Below are positions 36,851-47,489 of a stretch of DNA of 64,000 nt, in pieces (the stretch's first letter is position 1; every line of letters begins with the position of its first letter). The notes under the pieces are model-generated. The model ran no database searches. It worked only from the letters and a program-made list of their open reading frames with translations, and was not told the origin of the DNA. Position numbers and translations under genes: made by a program. The DNA is from a virus, in IMG/VR virus record IMGVR_UViG_3300044675_001548, positions 32,001 through 96,000 of that record; one strand, written 5' to 3'.

Positions 36851-37029
36851 TGGAAGATTTTGAAAGATGGTTAATAGATGAGTTGGAGACTCAAACATTA
36901 ACAGATGAACTAAAAGATGAAATACTTGAAAGGGTAAGAGAATTGTATGATGATGCTCAGAGTGAGGGATATAGTGAAGGTACTAATCAGGTTAGAGATG
37001 AGCTTATTGAGTTATTAAACAAAATGTAA
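36850..37029 (+). CDS. 59-aa acidic protein (not in ORF track)
   Basis: MEDFERWLIDELETQ...; stop/start overlaps on both sides. Confidence 0.6.
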   Translation: MEDFERWLIDELETQTLTDELKDEILERVRELYDDAQSEGYSEGTNQVRDELIELLNKM

Positions 37030-37376
37030 TGGCACATCCTTGGCAACATGCAAAATCATCAGCTAAGAAGTTTGGTGGTTCTCCTGTGGATTACCTAGCA
37101 ATACATAACTGGTTTGATGAAACTAAGGCCTGGGTAGGTCATAGTATGCACAGAATGTTTAGACATCATAGTGAAGGTATATTTGAATGTGAGCAAAGAT
37201 TTGGTATGGTGATTACCAACTCTGATGGCAAAGATGTATATGTAAGATATGTTGGTGAGCAGCATGTCAAGGAAGATTGCAATAATTATATCCCTACTGC
37301 AAAAGAATGGGTGGATATGATTGAATCTGGTAAACCACATATGTGGGCAATAAAAACTTTAAAAATTGAAGACTAA
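37029..37376 (+). CDS. DUF6915-like protein
   Basis: HPWQHAKSSAKKFGG..DY..IHNWFDETK...HR..RHHSEGIF...EQHVKED. Confidence 0.7.
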   Translation: MAHPWQHAKSSAKKFGGSPVDYLAIHNWFDETKAWVGHSMHRMFRHHSEGIFECEQRFGMVITNSDGKDVYVRYVGEQHVKEDCNNYIPTAKEWVDMIESGKPHMWAIKTLKIED

Positions 37377-37705
37377 TGGAAGAAGTAAAGGCAATTAAAC
37401 TAGAAAATGAAAAAATTAAAGTGGTTTTTACAAATGAAGCTGATTCAAATGAATCAGACTTAGTAATGACACTTACTATAACTAGAGATGGAGAAAAGAA
37501 AATAACCTCAGTAAGTATAGATCCTTCTGTACTTAGTAGAGAAGCATCATTTATGGGTGAAATGTATATGAAAACTGTTGATGTTTTGTTTGCTGTGAAA
37601 AAAATATTTGATGCAGGTGAGACATATGAGGGATTACATGTATTAACTAGAGCAGAGTATAAAGAGTATGTAACAAAAGTTTTAGGTTATAAAATTGAAG
37701 ACTGA
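37376..37705 (+). CDS. hypothetical protein flanked by an 18-bp direct repeat
   Basis: 109-aa ORF ending KIED, like the upstream gene. Confidence 0.6.
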   Translation: MEEVKAIKLENEKIKVVFTNEADSNESDLVMTLTITRDGEKKITSVSIDPSVLSREASFMGEMYMKTVDVLFAVKKIFDAGETYEGLHVLTRAEYKEYVTKVLGYKIED

Positions 37706-38121
37706 TGGCAAAGATGATTTTTGACAAAGAAGAAACAAGGAACTTAATGATGATGTTGCAATCTGAGGATGCAGATAATCATCTTATAGCATTTGAATCC
37801 TTGAAGAATGTTGATTATAATAAGTATATAGGAGAATTATTAGTGCTTTATAAGTATGGTGGACACAGTTTAAACAATTGGCAAGTTAACTGTAAAAAAG
37901 TAACTGATAAACTTGATAAGATTTTAGATCAAGCTGTACTAAGCAGTCCTAGAACATTAAGTTTGATTACAAAACACAGAGGTTCTAAAGCTTCGGTTGA
38001 GCTATTTATGGAATTCTTTATTAGGGATATGTCAAGGATGTTAGAGTCTATTGGCTATCCTACTGACAAATTTGAAATAGATATTAAATTTAAAGATGAT
38101 GGACAGACAACAGAGTCTTAG
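37705..38121 (+). CDS. hypothetical protein
   Basis: 138-aa ORF. Confidence 0.6.
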   Translation: MAKMIFDKEETRNLMMMLQSEDADNHLIAFESLKNVDYNKYIGELLVLYKYGGHSLNNWQVNCKKVTDKLDKILDQAVLSSPRTLSLITKHRGSKASVELFMEFFIRDMSRMLESIGYPTDKFEIDIKFKDDGQTTES

Positions 38122-39280
38122 TAAAATTGCAAAAGAGTTAATGCTGAAAGAGCCCTTCTACGGGTTCTTTCTTATTGCTCTAAACAAAGTCTGGGATGCT
38201 AAAAGAGTTCCTACAGCAGGTGTTAGTAAGAATAATATTAATTATCAACTTGCTATTAATCCTGAGTTCTGGGAATCTCTTAGTGATAACCACAGACTTG
38301 GTTTACTTAAACATGAATTGCTACATATTGCATTTGGACATCTTACTACTTTCTTTAAGTTTAGTGATAAGAAACTTGCTAATGTAGCAATGGACATGGA
38401 AATCAATCAGTATATATCTAAAGACTGGCTACCGGAAGGTGGTATTGATATAGATAATTATGCTGACTTAAATCTTGATAGGAAAGCTGGTTGTAGATAT
38501 TACTATGACAAGCTGAAACAACTACAGGATGAGAAAAATCAGAAGGGTACTTGTGGTAATGAACCTATGGACAAGTTACTAGATGCTATGGCAAATGGTG
38601 AACTTGATGAACATGCTACCTGGGAGGAGTTTGAAGACATGACTGAGGCAGAACAGAAGTTAATTGATAAACAATTACAAAAGGTTCTTGGTGATGCTAA
38701 AGAACAAACTCTTAAGAAGAAAGGTAATGTTCCTGGAGAAATTGAAGGAGTAATTATTATTGAAGAAGTTGTAAAGCCTAAGTTTAATTGGAGAGGTTAT
38801 ATCAGAAGATTTACAGGAGTAAGTACTAAGGTATTTACTAAGAAAATCAGGAGGAAAGAGAACCGCAGATTTGATGCTAATCCTGGTCTGAAGGTAAAAA
38901 TGAGACAGCATATGTTGTTAGCTATTGATACTTCAGGTTCAGTAAGTGATTCTGAGTTGCAGGAGTTTATGAGTGAAATCTACCATATTTACAAATGTGG
39001 TGTTGATATTACTGTAGTACAGTGTGATACTGTTATTAGATCTATTGAACCTTACAAAGGTAAGTTTGAAATGGCTGTGCAAGGTAGAGGTGGAACTGAG
39101 TTTGACCCTGTCCTAGAATATTTTAATGCCAACACTAAAAAATATACAAGCCTGGTGTATTTTACTGACGGTGAATGTGGTTATTCTGTAAAACCTAGAG
39201 GTAATACTCTATGGGTTTTGTCAGAAAGGTCTTATATGAATACAGAGTTACCAGGTAAAGTTATTAAATTAGAATTATAA
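38096..39280 (+). CDS. DUF2201-like metallopeptidase-motif plus vWA domain protein
   Basis: HELLH, NVAMDMEINQ; AIDTSGS, GRGGTEF, YFTDGE. Confidence 0.8.
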   Translation: MMDRQQSLSKIAKELMLKEPFYGFFLIALNKVWDAKRVPTAGVSKNNINYQLAINPEFWESLSDNHRLGLLKHELLHIAFGHLTTFFKFSDKKLANVAMDMEINQYISKDWLPEGGIDIDNYADLNLDRKAGCRYYYDKLKQLQDEKNQKGTCGNEPMDKLLDAMANGELDEHATWEEFEDMTEAEQKLIDKQLQKVLGDAKEQTLKKKGNVPGEIEGVIIIEEVVKPKFNWRGYIRRFTGVSTKVFTKKIRRKENRRFDANPGLKVKMRQHMLLAIDTSGSVSDSELQEFMSEIYHIYKCGVDITVVQCDTVIRSIEPYKGKFEMAVQGRGGTEFDPVLEYFNANTKKYTSLVYFTDGECGYSVKPRGNTLWVLSERSYMNTELPGKVIKLEL

Positions 39281-39292
39281 AAATTAAAGATT

Positions 39293-40462
39293 ATGAATCA
39301 AGTGCAATTGAATGTAAATGAGTTAAAGGATTTTATTAAACATATGGTTAAGAATAACCAACATATCCAAGCTGAAGGTAAAGTTCCTGTGGCAGTGAAT
39401 ATTGAGGGTGATGCTGGTTTGGGTAAAACTTCTGCAATCATGCAGTTGGGTAAAGAATTGCAAATGGAAGTTGTAAAGCTGAATTTATCTCAGCTAGAAG
39501 AATTGGGTGACTTGGTTGGTTTTCCTGTAAAAGAATTTCAAATTGCAAATGCTGAAGGTCAGACAAGATGGATTAATGAGTCTCAGATATCTGCAGCAAG
39601 TGCTAAAGGTTATAAAGTTGTAGGTAAGAGAATGTCACATGCTGCTCCTGAATGGATTCAGGGTAAAGGAGAGGGTGGTTTCTTGATTCTTGATGATTAT
39701 ACCAGAGCTGATGCAAGATTCATGCAAGCAACTATGGAGATATTAGACAGACAAGAATATGTATCTTGGAAGCTACCAAAGAACTGGCATGTAATCTTGA
39801 CTACTAATCCAGACAATGGTGATTATAATGTTACTTCTCTTGACGTAGCTCAGAAGACTAGATTTATCTCTGTTGAGTTAAAATATGATTCTGATGTATG
39901 GGCTAAGTGGGCAGAGAAAGCAAACATAGATGGTAGATGTATTAACTTCATGTTGATGCACCCGGAATTGGTAACTCAAAGAGTTAATCCAAGAGCTATT
40001 ACTACTTTCTTTAATGCTATTAGTTCTATTGAGAAGTTTGAAGCAGACCTGCCTCTAATCCAAATGATTGGTGAAGGTTCTGTTGGTGTAGACTTTAGTT
40101 CAATGTTTACTATGTTTATTAATAATAAGCTAGATAGAATTATTTCTCCAGTAGACATCCTGACTAAAGATGAGCAGTATGTAATGAATAGCTTAACCAA
40201 TGCTGTTGGTAAGGATGATGATTTCCGGGCTGACATCTCTAGTGTTATTGCTACCAGGGTGATTAACTATTCTCTTACTTTAGCTGACAAAGGTTCAGTA
40301 GGTAAACCAATCATTGACAGGATAGCTAAACTTACTACTGACTGTGAAGCATTTACTGATGACCTTAGATACTATATGGTCAAAGAGATTGTTAACGGTA
40401 ATAAAGTTAAGTTCTCTCAGCTCATGATGAATCAGGACGTGGTGAAGATGGCTGTCAAGTAA
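39293..40462 (+). CDS. MoxR-like AAA+ ATPase
   Basis: GDAGLGKT, LILDDYTRA, ILTTNP, DVAQKTRF. Confidence 0.8.
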   Translation: MNQVQLNVNELKDFIKHMVKNNQHIQAEGKVPVAVNIEGDAGLGKTSAIMQLGKELQMEVVKLNLSQLEELGDLVGFPVKEFQIANAEGQTRWINESQISAASAKGYKVVGKRMSHAAPEWIQGKGEGGFLILDDYTRADARFMQATMEILDRQEYVSWKLPKNWHVILTTNPDNGDYNVTSLDVAQKTRFISVELKYDSDVWAKWAEKANIDGRCINFMLMHPELVTQRVNPRAITTFFNAISSIEKFEADLPLIQMIGEGSVGVDFSSMFTMFINNKLDRIISPVDILTKDEQYVMNSLTNAVGKDDDFRADISSVIATRVINYSLTLADKGSVGKPIIDRIAKLTTDCEAFTDDLRYYMVKEIVNGNKVKFSQLMMNQDVVKMAVK

Positions 40463-40557
40463 AGCAAACATCAAGCAGTTCCCCACCAAAAGGAACTTAA
40501 AATTTAATTAAAACAAACATAGGGGGAGATAAAACTCCCCTTATTAAACTTAAAAGA

Positions 40558-41928
40558 ATGAAAACATACTTACATATTTATGAAGCAGATGCAATGTCCA
40601 ATGAGCTAATTATAAAGGTAGAACCTTTATATTGTGCTGATAGTAGTACAAACATAATAACTGCAACTGATAAAGATTATACCCCTTCAAAAGGAGATAA
40701 ACTTTATTTTCTACCGGGAGTAAACATCCCAAGAGTAAAACTAAAAGACTTGTCTTTGCAACATGGTATTAAAACTGTCAGAAATATAAATGATGCTACA
40801 CATGTATTTGTTGGTAAGAACACTAAAGATAAGATTACAAGTGGAGCTTGGTATTATTCTATACAAACTTCAGCTGTTAGAGCTATTCTTCTAGACCCTG
40901 AACTAGTTATGGATGACTATTATAAAGAAAATCTTACACAAGCTTTAGAGTTTTATACTGAAGATGTAGTTATTATAGATTATTCTGCAGCTGGTCAACT
41001 TAGAAATTCAGAATTAGCATTTGTAAAAAGATACACTTATAATAGTATTTCTAGACACTCTAGTGTATATTATTCAGTAGACAGTGATCACACAGATTTA
41101 TTTCCAGATATCTTAACCCTAGATATTTATGATGAGAGTAAGTTAATTAAACACATTAATGGTGAAGATGCTGCTACTATAGATGCAACTATGTTCAATC
41201 AGATTTCTGATATGTTTAAGAGCTCAGATGGAGACAATCATGTACTTGCAATGGAGATTATGGCTAATTGTAATTATATAGATAGCTTATTGTATCTAGA
41301 GATGTTATTCAAGGATCATGCTGGCAAAATGTACAACTGTCATACTAAGAACCATGTGAATTTCAAGTCTTTACTTAGTTATCTAGGTAAAAGTAAAAGC
41401 AACATGGATACCAGTGTGGATAATATAATGCAGTCTCTTATTAACAAAGATGTCCTTGATACAGATAAAATAGATGTTCTTATGGAGCATTATTCTGATG
41501 AACTTGGTAGAAGAGGAGACAGTACATTTTTTAAAGTAAAAAGTATAACTGTCAATGAAGAAACTCTGCAGTTGCTAAATACTAACTATGTTTATGAAGA
41601 GCTCCCAGATTTTGTTCCAGAGGATGGTATAGAGATATCTGAATTGCATGGAGACCTTGTAGATCTTAACACTTTGTCTCCAGGGGTGGCGGAGGTTGCT
41701 GATGTATGCAATGAGCCTGCACAGGAGGAAGAACTAGCTGATGAAGACATAGAAGATGCATTTACTAATATTGTTAGAAATGAACTCAAGTCAGAGTTAA
41801 TAGCATTAGAAGAGTCAGATCCTGTTTCCGAATCTGAATTAAATGAAATTTCAGGGACCCCGGCTGAAGAATTAAATACTAATCCAACAGAAGAAAAAAA
41901 TGACACAAATGACTTTGAATGGTTCTGA
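40558..41928 (+). CDS. hypothetical protein with acidic C-terminal tail
   Basis: 456-aa ORF. Confidence 0.65.
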   Translation: MKTYLHIYEADAMSNELIIKVEPLYCADSSTNIITATDKDYTPSKGDKLYFLPGVNIPRVKLKDLSLQHGIKTVRNINDATHVFVGKNTKDKITSGAWYYSIQTSAVRAILLDPELVMDDYYKENLTQALEFYTEDVVIIDYSAAGQLRNSELAFVKRYTYNSISRHSSVYYSVDSDHTDLFPDILTLDIYDESKLIKHINGEDAATIDATMFNQISDMFKSSDGDNHVLAMEIMANCNYIDSLLYLEMLFKDHAGKMYNCHTKNHVNFKSLLSYLGKSKSNMDTSVDNIMQSLINKDVLDTDKIDVLMEHYSDELGRRGDSTFFKVKSITVNEETLQLLNTNYVYEELPDFVPEDGIEISELHGDLVDLNTLSPGVAEVADVCNEPAQEEELADEDIEDAFTNIVRNELKSELIALEESDPVSESELNEISGTPAEELNTNPTEEKNDTNDFEWF

Positions 41929-42919
41929 TGAACTAGAGAGATTTTACAAACAGAAGTTTTACTTTAGCTACAGTGGGTTGAATAAGTTACTTTATTCTCC
42001 TGCATTATTTTACAATCATTATGTGCTCAACCAAAGAGAAGATAGTAAGGATGCTCACCTTGTAGGAGGGAGCGTCCTGCACTGTTTACTCTTTGAGCCA
42101 GAAGCATATGATGATAAGTTTATTAGCATGCCTGGGAAACTGCCCAGTGAAAACCCAAAGAAAATTATTGATAATATTTTTAGGACACATCTTGGATATG
42201 GAAATAATTCATTAACTTTGGAAGACTACTCACAAGATATACTCACACAGCTACTCACAGCAAATCTTTATCAGAATCTTAAAACAGATCAGCAAAGACT
42301 TGACAAAATTCTTACTGATGACCACAAAGAGTATTTTGAATTCCTTAAACAAAGTCTAGACAAATCAATAGTGGATCAACCTACTTTGGATGGCTGCAAA
42401 GCACAGGTAGAGATACTAAAGAGTAATAGTGATGTGAGAACACTATTAGCACTAGATGTTACTAAGGAAGACACACACATTGAGACCTATAATGAGTTGC
42501 ATATTAGGGTTGACCATGACAAATTACCTTTTGGTTTTCACGGAATTCTTGACAATGTTGTTGTTGACAATGAGGCAAAGATGATATTCATCAATGACCT
42601 TAAGACAACTGGCAAGTCAATTCAGGATTTCCCGGAAGCTGTTGAGTACTATAAGTATTGGATGCAAGCTGTTATCTATACTATTCTAGCTTCAGATAAG
42701 TTCTTGAAAGACAGACCAGATGCTAGAGACTGGCAAGTTCAAGTAACCTTTATTGTAATTGACAAATACAATTTAGTTTATCCTTTCCAAGTCTCTACAG
42801 AAACAATGACCAAGTGGAAGGGTGATTTCAAATCTGTTATACAAATAGCCCAGTGGCATTATACACAGAAGAGATATGACTTACCATTTGATCTTGCAGT
42901 TGGTAATATTAAATTGTAG
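41900..42919 (+). CDS. PD-(D/E)xK exonuclease (DUF3799/RecE-like)
   Basis: FSYSGLNKLL..P; HCLLFEP; HGILDNV...INDLKTTG...Y.MQA..Y. Confidence 0.75.
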   Translation: MTQMTLNGSDELERFYKQKFYFSYSGLNKLLYSPALFYNHYVLNQREDSKDAHLVGGSVLHCLLFEPEAYDDKFISMPGKLPSENPKKIIDNIFRTHLGYGNNSLTLEDYSQDILTQLLTANLYQNLKTDQQRLDKILTDDHKEYFEFLKQSLDKSIVDQPTLDGCKAQVEILKSNSDVRTLLALDVTKEDTHIETYNELHIRVDHDKLPFGFHGILDNVVVDNEAKMIFINDLKTTGKSIQDFPEAVEYYKYWMQAVIYTILASDKFLKDRPDARDWQVQVTFIVIDKYNLVYPFQVSTETMTKWKGDFKSVIQIAQWHYTQKRYDLPFDLAVGNIKL

Positions 42920-42924
42920 AACTT

Positions 42925-43497
42925 ATGGTTATTAGCACGCTTTATAAGAAGTACTTTCAAAAGTCCAAGATATTTTTATATCCGCTCTTGGACATTAAAA
43001 GAGGTACAAGTGTTGTTCCAAAAGAGACTTATGTTTCATGGAGTAATACTTGCACAACTGAGGATATGAAATTGATATGTGTTTATCACACCCGCACTGA
43101 TGCTGAGTATATTAACTTTGAAAAGAATGTTTTACTAAAGCATTCTAGACTCTGTGACTATGTGAAGGCTGATGCTGTGACAAGTATATTCACATTTGAT
43201 TTTTCTGATTTAAGTGATGATTGGGACCATTTTATAAATGGTAGGTATAGCAAAATGGATATAAAAATAAAGCGTAGAATTTTAGATTTCTTTGACAGCA
43301 ACAGTGGTAATTACTATTATGTGAATAGTTATTTGTTTCCCATTCCTCATTTTAAACTGTATGCTGAGCTGCTGGATGTGCCGGTTGCTCTTGTAAAATC
43401 AGTAGGTGAGCTATGTGATAAACCCAACTTAGATAAGGAAAATCTAGTATTGGAAGTTGCAAACTTGGAAAATATAGAAAAAACAGTAAATTTGTAA
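42925..43497 (+). CDS. hypothetical protein
   Basis: 190-aa ORF. Confidence 0.65.
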   Translation: MVISTLYKKYFQKSKIFLYPLLDIKRGTSVVPKETYVSWSNTCTTEDMKLICVYHTRTDAEYINFEKNVLLKHSRLCDYVKADAVTSIFTFDFSDLSDDWDHFINGRYSKMDIKIKRRILDFFDSNSGNYYYVNSYLFPIPHFKLYAELLDVPVALVKSVGELCDKPNLDKENLVLEVANLENIEKTVNL

Positions 43498-43516
43498 AAA
43501 ATTAAACCAACAAAAA

Positions 43517-43870
43517 ATGAGTGAAAACACAATGATGCTTGTACAATCCACATGGAATGACAAGCAAACTTTCAGAATGATTCCTATTACTGAGTCTTGT
43601 CCTTATGTAGAGTGTATCATGGACCCGGATACTAAGGTATTTGTAGTGATTTCTAAGATTAGAAAAGTATCATTACATATGTTACCAAAAGTTGATGATT
43701 ATGGGCAGCCTGTTACTGGTACAAAAGGTGTGAAACAAGAGAGACACAAGATTGAAGTGTTTCAGGAGTTTTATATAGAAGATGCTACAGCAATAGATGA
43801 AGTTATCAAACTATTTGCAGTTAATGCTAAGAAGTTTGATTATAAGAAGTTTATGGCTGAGCAAGCTTAA
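43517..43870 (+). CDS. hypothetical protein
   Basis: 117 aa; TAAATTTG at 43487-43494 upstream; terminator downstream. Confidence 0.65.
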   Translation: MSENTMMLVQSTWNDKQTFRMIPITESCPYVECIMDPDTKVFVVISKIRKVSLHMLPKVDDYGQPVTGTKGVKQERHKIEVFQEFYIEDATAIDEVIKLFAVNAKKFDYKKFMAEQA

Positions 43871-43963
43871 ACAATACCAAAAAACCAGAAAGAGGGTGAG
43901 TACCAAACAGCACCCTCTTTTTTTATTTAATTAAACGGGGGAACAGCTTAACTGAACTAAGGT

Positions 43964-45865
43964 ATGAGAACACATTATGTCATGGATTATGAAACATTAT
44001 CCAATTGTTTTATAGCCTGCTTTGAAGATGTAAAGTCTGAACACAGAGAAGTATTTATCTGTCACAAATCACAAAATGATATACTAGAACTAGTAACATT
44101 CCTTGAGAGAAACATAACTCTTGAAGAATGGCATGTTAGCTTTAATGGTCTTGCATTTGACAGTCAGATTACTGAACATATTCTCCGGAATAAAGAACAG
44201 TTACTTGAACAGGACGGTGAGACTATTGCTAGGTTTATATATCAAAAAGCACAAGCTACTATACAAAGAAGTAATGCAGGAGAGTTTGCTGAATTTGGTT
44301 CTAGAGACTTACAGATTAGGCAGATAGATGTATTTAAACTTAATCACTGGGATAACCCAGCTAAGAGATCTAGCCTGAAGTGGATTCAGTATAGCATGGA
44401 TTGGAAGAATATAAAAGATATGCCTATTCCTCACTATACTGAAGTTACAGAAGGTCAAATAGCATCTATAGTAAACTATTGTATTAATGATGTCCGGTCT
44501 ACTAAGCAAATCATGAGTTTGAGTAAGGGTCAGATTGAATTGAGAAGAGCACTTACTGAAGAATATGGTATTGATTTATTCTCAGCCTCTGAACCTAGGA
44601 TAGCTAAAGAATTGTTTTTGCATTTCTTAAGTAAACAAACTGGTATCAAGAAGTATGATCTCCGTCAGATGAGAACCCAAAGAAACCAGATTGTTGTAAA
44701 AGATATCATACTACCTTATATAAGTTTTGAAACAGCTACATTCCAGCATCTTCTAAAAAAGTTCCAGGATGTGGTTATCCACACTGGTGAAACAAAAGGA
44801 GGCTTTAAATATTCTGTACAATATAAGGGAGTTAAAACAGACTATGGTCTTGGTGGTATTCATGGTGCTAGAACAAGTAGGGTATATAATGCAACAGAAG
44901 ACATGGTTATCATGACTTCAGATGTTATAAGTTTTTATCCTAATCTAGCTATTAGAAACAGATGGGCTCCGGCACATTTACCACAAGATGAATTCTGTAC
45001 ACAGTATGAATGGTTTTTTGATGAGAGAAAGGTTATACCTAAAAAGGACCCAAAGAACTATGTATATAAGATTATCTTAAACTCTACTTATGGTCTCAGC
45101 AATGATGAGAATAGTTTCCTGTATGACCCTGAGTTTACTATGAGGATTACTATTAATGGTCAGTTGAGTCTTACTATGTTGTATGAGATGATTTGTGAAG
45201 GTATCCCGGGTGCAATTCCTCTAATGCAAAATACAGATGGTTTGGAAACTATGATACCTAGGGACCAGATGGATAAGTATATGGAAATCTGCAAGATATG
45301 GGAGAAGATGACAAGTCTTCAACTAGAACATGATACATATAGTAAGCTAGTACTGGGTGATGTAAATAACTATATTGCTGTTACTGAAGACGGTAAATCT
45401 AAATGCAAGGGTAGATTTGAGTATGCTGACTTAGCTTTACACAAGAACAAAAGTTTTTTAGTTATACCTAAAGCTTTGCATGCATACTTTGTAGAAGGTA
45501 TCCAGCCTGAAGATTATCTTAAATCCAACAGAAATATCTTTGATTATTGTGGAGGCAAGAAGATTAAGGGTGATTGGAAATATGTAGAGAGATGTATTAA
45601 GAATGGTGAGTATAGAGAAAAAGAACTACAACACACCTTAAGATATTATGTATGTAATACAGGATCTAAGATCATGAAGATCAATAAGTCTGATGGTAGA
45701 GAAATAAACATTGAGGCCGGTAAATGGCTACAGCAAATTTATATCAACCACATAGATGACATGGACTTTGATGAGTATGAGATTAACTACAAATACTATC
45801 TGGAAAATATAAAGAAAGAAATAGAAGGTTTAGAACCAAATGTAAACCAATTAAGTTTATTTTAA
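43964..45865 (+). CDS. DNA polymerase family B
   Basis: exonuclease motifs DYET and FNGLAFD; polymerase motifs DVISFYPN, KIILNSTYG, NTDG. Confidence 0.9.
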   Translation: MRTHYVMDYETLSNCFIACFEDVKSEHREVFICHKSQNDILELVTFLERNITLEEWHVSFNGLAFDSQITEHILRNKEQLLEQDGETIARFIYQKAQATIQRSNAGEFAEFGSRDLQIRQIDVFKLNHWDNPAKRSSLKWIQYSMDWKNIKDMPIPHYTEVTEGQIASIVNYCINDVRSTKQIMSLSKGQIELRRALTEEYGIDLFSASEPRIAKELFLHFLSKQTGIKKYDLRQMRTQRNQIVVKDIILPYISFETATFQHLLKKFQDVVIHTGETKGGFKYSVQYKGVKTDYGLGGIHGARTSRVYNATEDMVIMTSDVISFYPNLAIRNRWAPAHLPQDEFCTQYEWFFDERKVIPKKDPKNYVYKIILNSTYGLSNDENSFLYDPEFTMRITINGQLSLTMLYEMICEGIPGAIPLMQNTDGLETMIPRDQMDKYMEICKIWEKMTSLQLEHDTYSKLVLGDVNNYIAVTEDGKSKCKGRFEYADLALHKNKSFLVIPKALHAYFVEGIQPEDYLKSNRNIFDYCGGKKIKGDWKYVERCIKNGEYREKELQHTLRYYVCNTGSKIMKINKSDGREINIEAGKWLQQIYINHIDDMDFDEYEINYKYYLENIKKEIEGLEPNVNQLSLF

Positions 45866-45866
45866 T

Positions 45867-47003
45867 ATGCCAAAGAAAATACAGAACACAACTAAAGCAA
45901 ACTTAATAAGTGTACCACTGCCAAGTCATGGTGCTACTTATACTGTGATTAGTCACCAGTTTGTTATTGATTATGCTTATCAAGCCCTTGCTGCTGCAGG
46001 GTTTGGTATTGTAGATGAGGAGTACAGATGTACTGCTGACGGACAAATAGCTCAAGGAATTTATAAACTAAATTTTAATAATGACCCTGAGTTGTCAATG
46101 ATGTTTGCATGGACAAACAGTTATAATAAACAAGTAAAGTTTAAATGTGTAGTAGGTGCATATATAAACAATAGTGGATCTGTTATGATGTCTGGAGAAG
46201 TTGGTAGCTGGGTTAGAAAACACACAGGTACGGCAGACACAGAGACAAAAGCCACTATTGATGACTATATCACTAATGCATATATGTATTATAATCAGCT
46301 ATGTGCTGATAAAGCTGCTATGGAAGTAATAAGTTTGAATAAGAGAAAACAGTCTCAGTTATTAGGCGTGTTGTTTGCTGAGTATGAGATACTTACTACA
46401 GAGCAAGCTAGTATGATTAGAGATCAAATGAAGAGACCACAACAAGTATTCAAGAATACTGATAGCTTATGGGCCTTTTATAACTTTGTAACTAATGCAT
46501 TACAGTCCTCACATCCAAGAACATGGATGGAAGACCAAAGAATCTTGCATTACTTTATTGGGACAATTTGTGATTTTAGTGCACCAGCTATTCCTAATGC
46601 ACCACTTGCTGTAATTAGTGAACCTGTTGAAGAAGAAGTAATAGACCCATTGTATGCAGATCCGGGACAGACTAATATTCTAGATCAGATTGCTGAAGCT
46701 GAAGCTGAAGAAAAGACATTTTCACAAATGGTGCAAGAAGACCCTGAAATGTTAGAGATTGTGCACCAGGTAGAAGAAATACTTGGTACTTTAGATGAAG
46801 CTGAGGAAGATGTATTAAGTCTTGAACCAACTGTAGAAGATCATATTCAATTTGAAGCAGAAGGTATAGTTAACTATACTGACACAGCAGGTAATACATT
46901 TGAAGCTCCTATAGTAATAGATGATTTTGCTGAGGAAGATAATTTTGATCTTGACTTTAATGAAACTGAAGAAGAACCGGATAACACACCGGACTTTTTC
47001 TAG
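45867..47003 (+). CDS. DUF932-like protein with long acidic tail
   Basis: YTVISH ... NSYNKQVKF ... RKHTG ... SLWAFYNFVT. Confidence 0.6.
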   Translation: MPKKIQNTTKANLISVPLPSHGATYTVISHQFVIDYAYQALAAAGFGIVDEEYRCTADGQIAQGIYKLNFNNDPELSMMFAWTNSYNKQVKFKCVVGAYINNSGSVMMSGEVGSWVRKHTGTADTETKATIDDYITNAYMYYNQLCADKAAMEVISLNKRKQSQLLGVLFAEYEILTTEQASMIRDQMKRPQQVFKNTDSLWAFYNFVTNALQSSHPRTWMEDQRILHYFIGTICDFSAPAIPNAPLAVISEPVEEEVIDPLYADPGQTNILDQIAEAEAEEKTFSQMVQEDPEMLEIVHQVEEILGTLDEAEEDVLSLEPTVEDHIQFEAEGIVNYTDTAGNTFEAPIVIDDFAEEDNFDLDFNETEEEPDNTPDFF

Positions 47004-47081
47004 GAGCCTGTTGATGTAAACAGGTTAATAATCAATCGGGGATGCAGAAATGTATCCCCTTTTTTTCTTTATCTTTACATT

Positions 47082-47489
47082 ATGGAAAAACAATTAACTA
47101 AAGTAAAAAAGTTTCATGAAGCTTTTGGACAAGAAAATGGAACATGGCCACAAAATTTAGGACCAGATGAAGCAGTACTAAGACATAAACTAATGGCTGA
47201 AGAAAATGATGAATACCTTGATGCATGTGACAAAAACTCATTAGTAGAAATAGCAGATGCTTTGGGAGACCAGTTATATATCTTATGTGGAACTATTCTT
47301 AAACATGGTATGCAGAATATTATAGAGGAAGTATTTGATGAAATACATGCTAGTAATATGAGTAAACTAGGTGAGGATGGAAAACCTATACTTAGAGAGG
47401 ATAATAAGATATTAAAAGGTCCTGGATATTTTAGACCAGATTTAAGTAAGTTTATTAAAGTTGAAATAGATGCATCCAATAACATTTAG
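47082..47489 (+). CDS. MazG-like/PRA-PH nucleotide pyrophosphohydrolase
   Basis: AEENDEY...EIADALGDQLYI...VFDEIHASNMSK...GK. Confidence 0.85.
   Translation: MEKQLTKVKKFHEAFGQENGTWPQNLGPDEAVLRHKLMAEENDEYLDACDKNSLVEIADALGDQLYILCGTILKHGMQNIIEEVFDEIHASNMSKLGEDGKPILREDNKILKGPGYFRPDLSKFIKVEIDASNNI

Noticed and set aside
43964-45865. Intron or intein in PolB or the helicases
   Set aside because: The ORFs are continuous, compact and lack splicing motifs.
20231-47060. Shared AGAAAT loop in several terminators read as a regulatory motif
   Set aside because: It is explained by ordinary GNRA tetraloops (GAAA/GTAA/GCAA).
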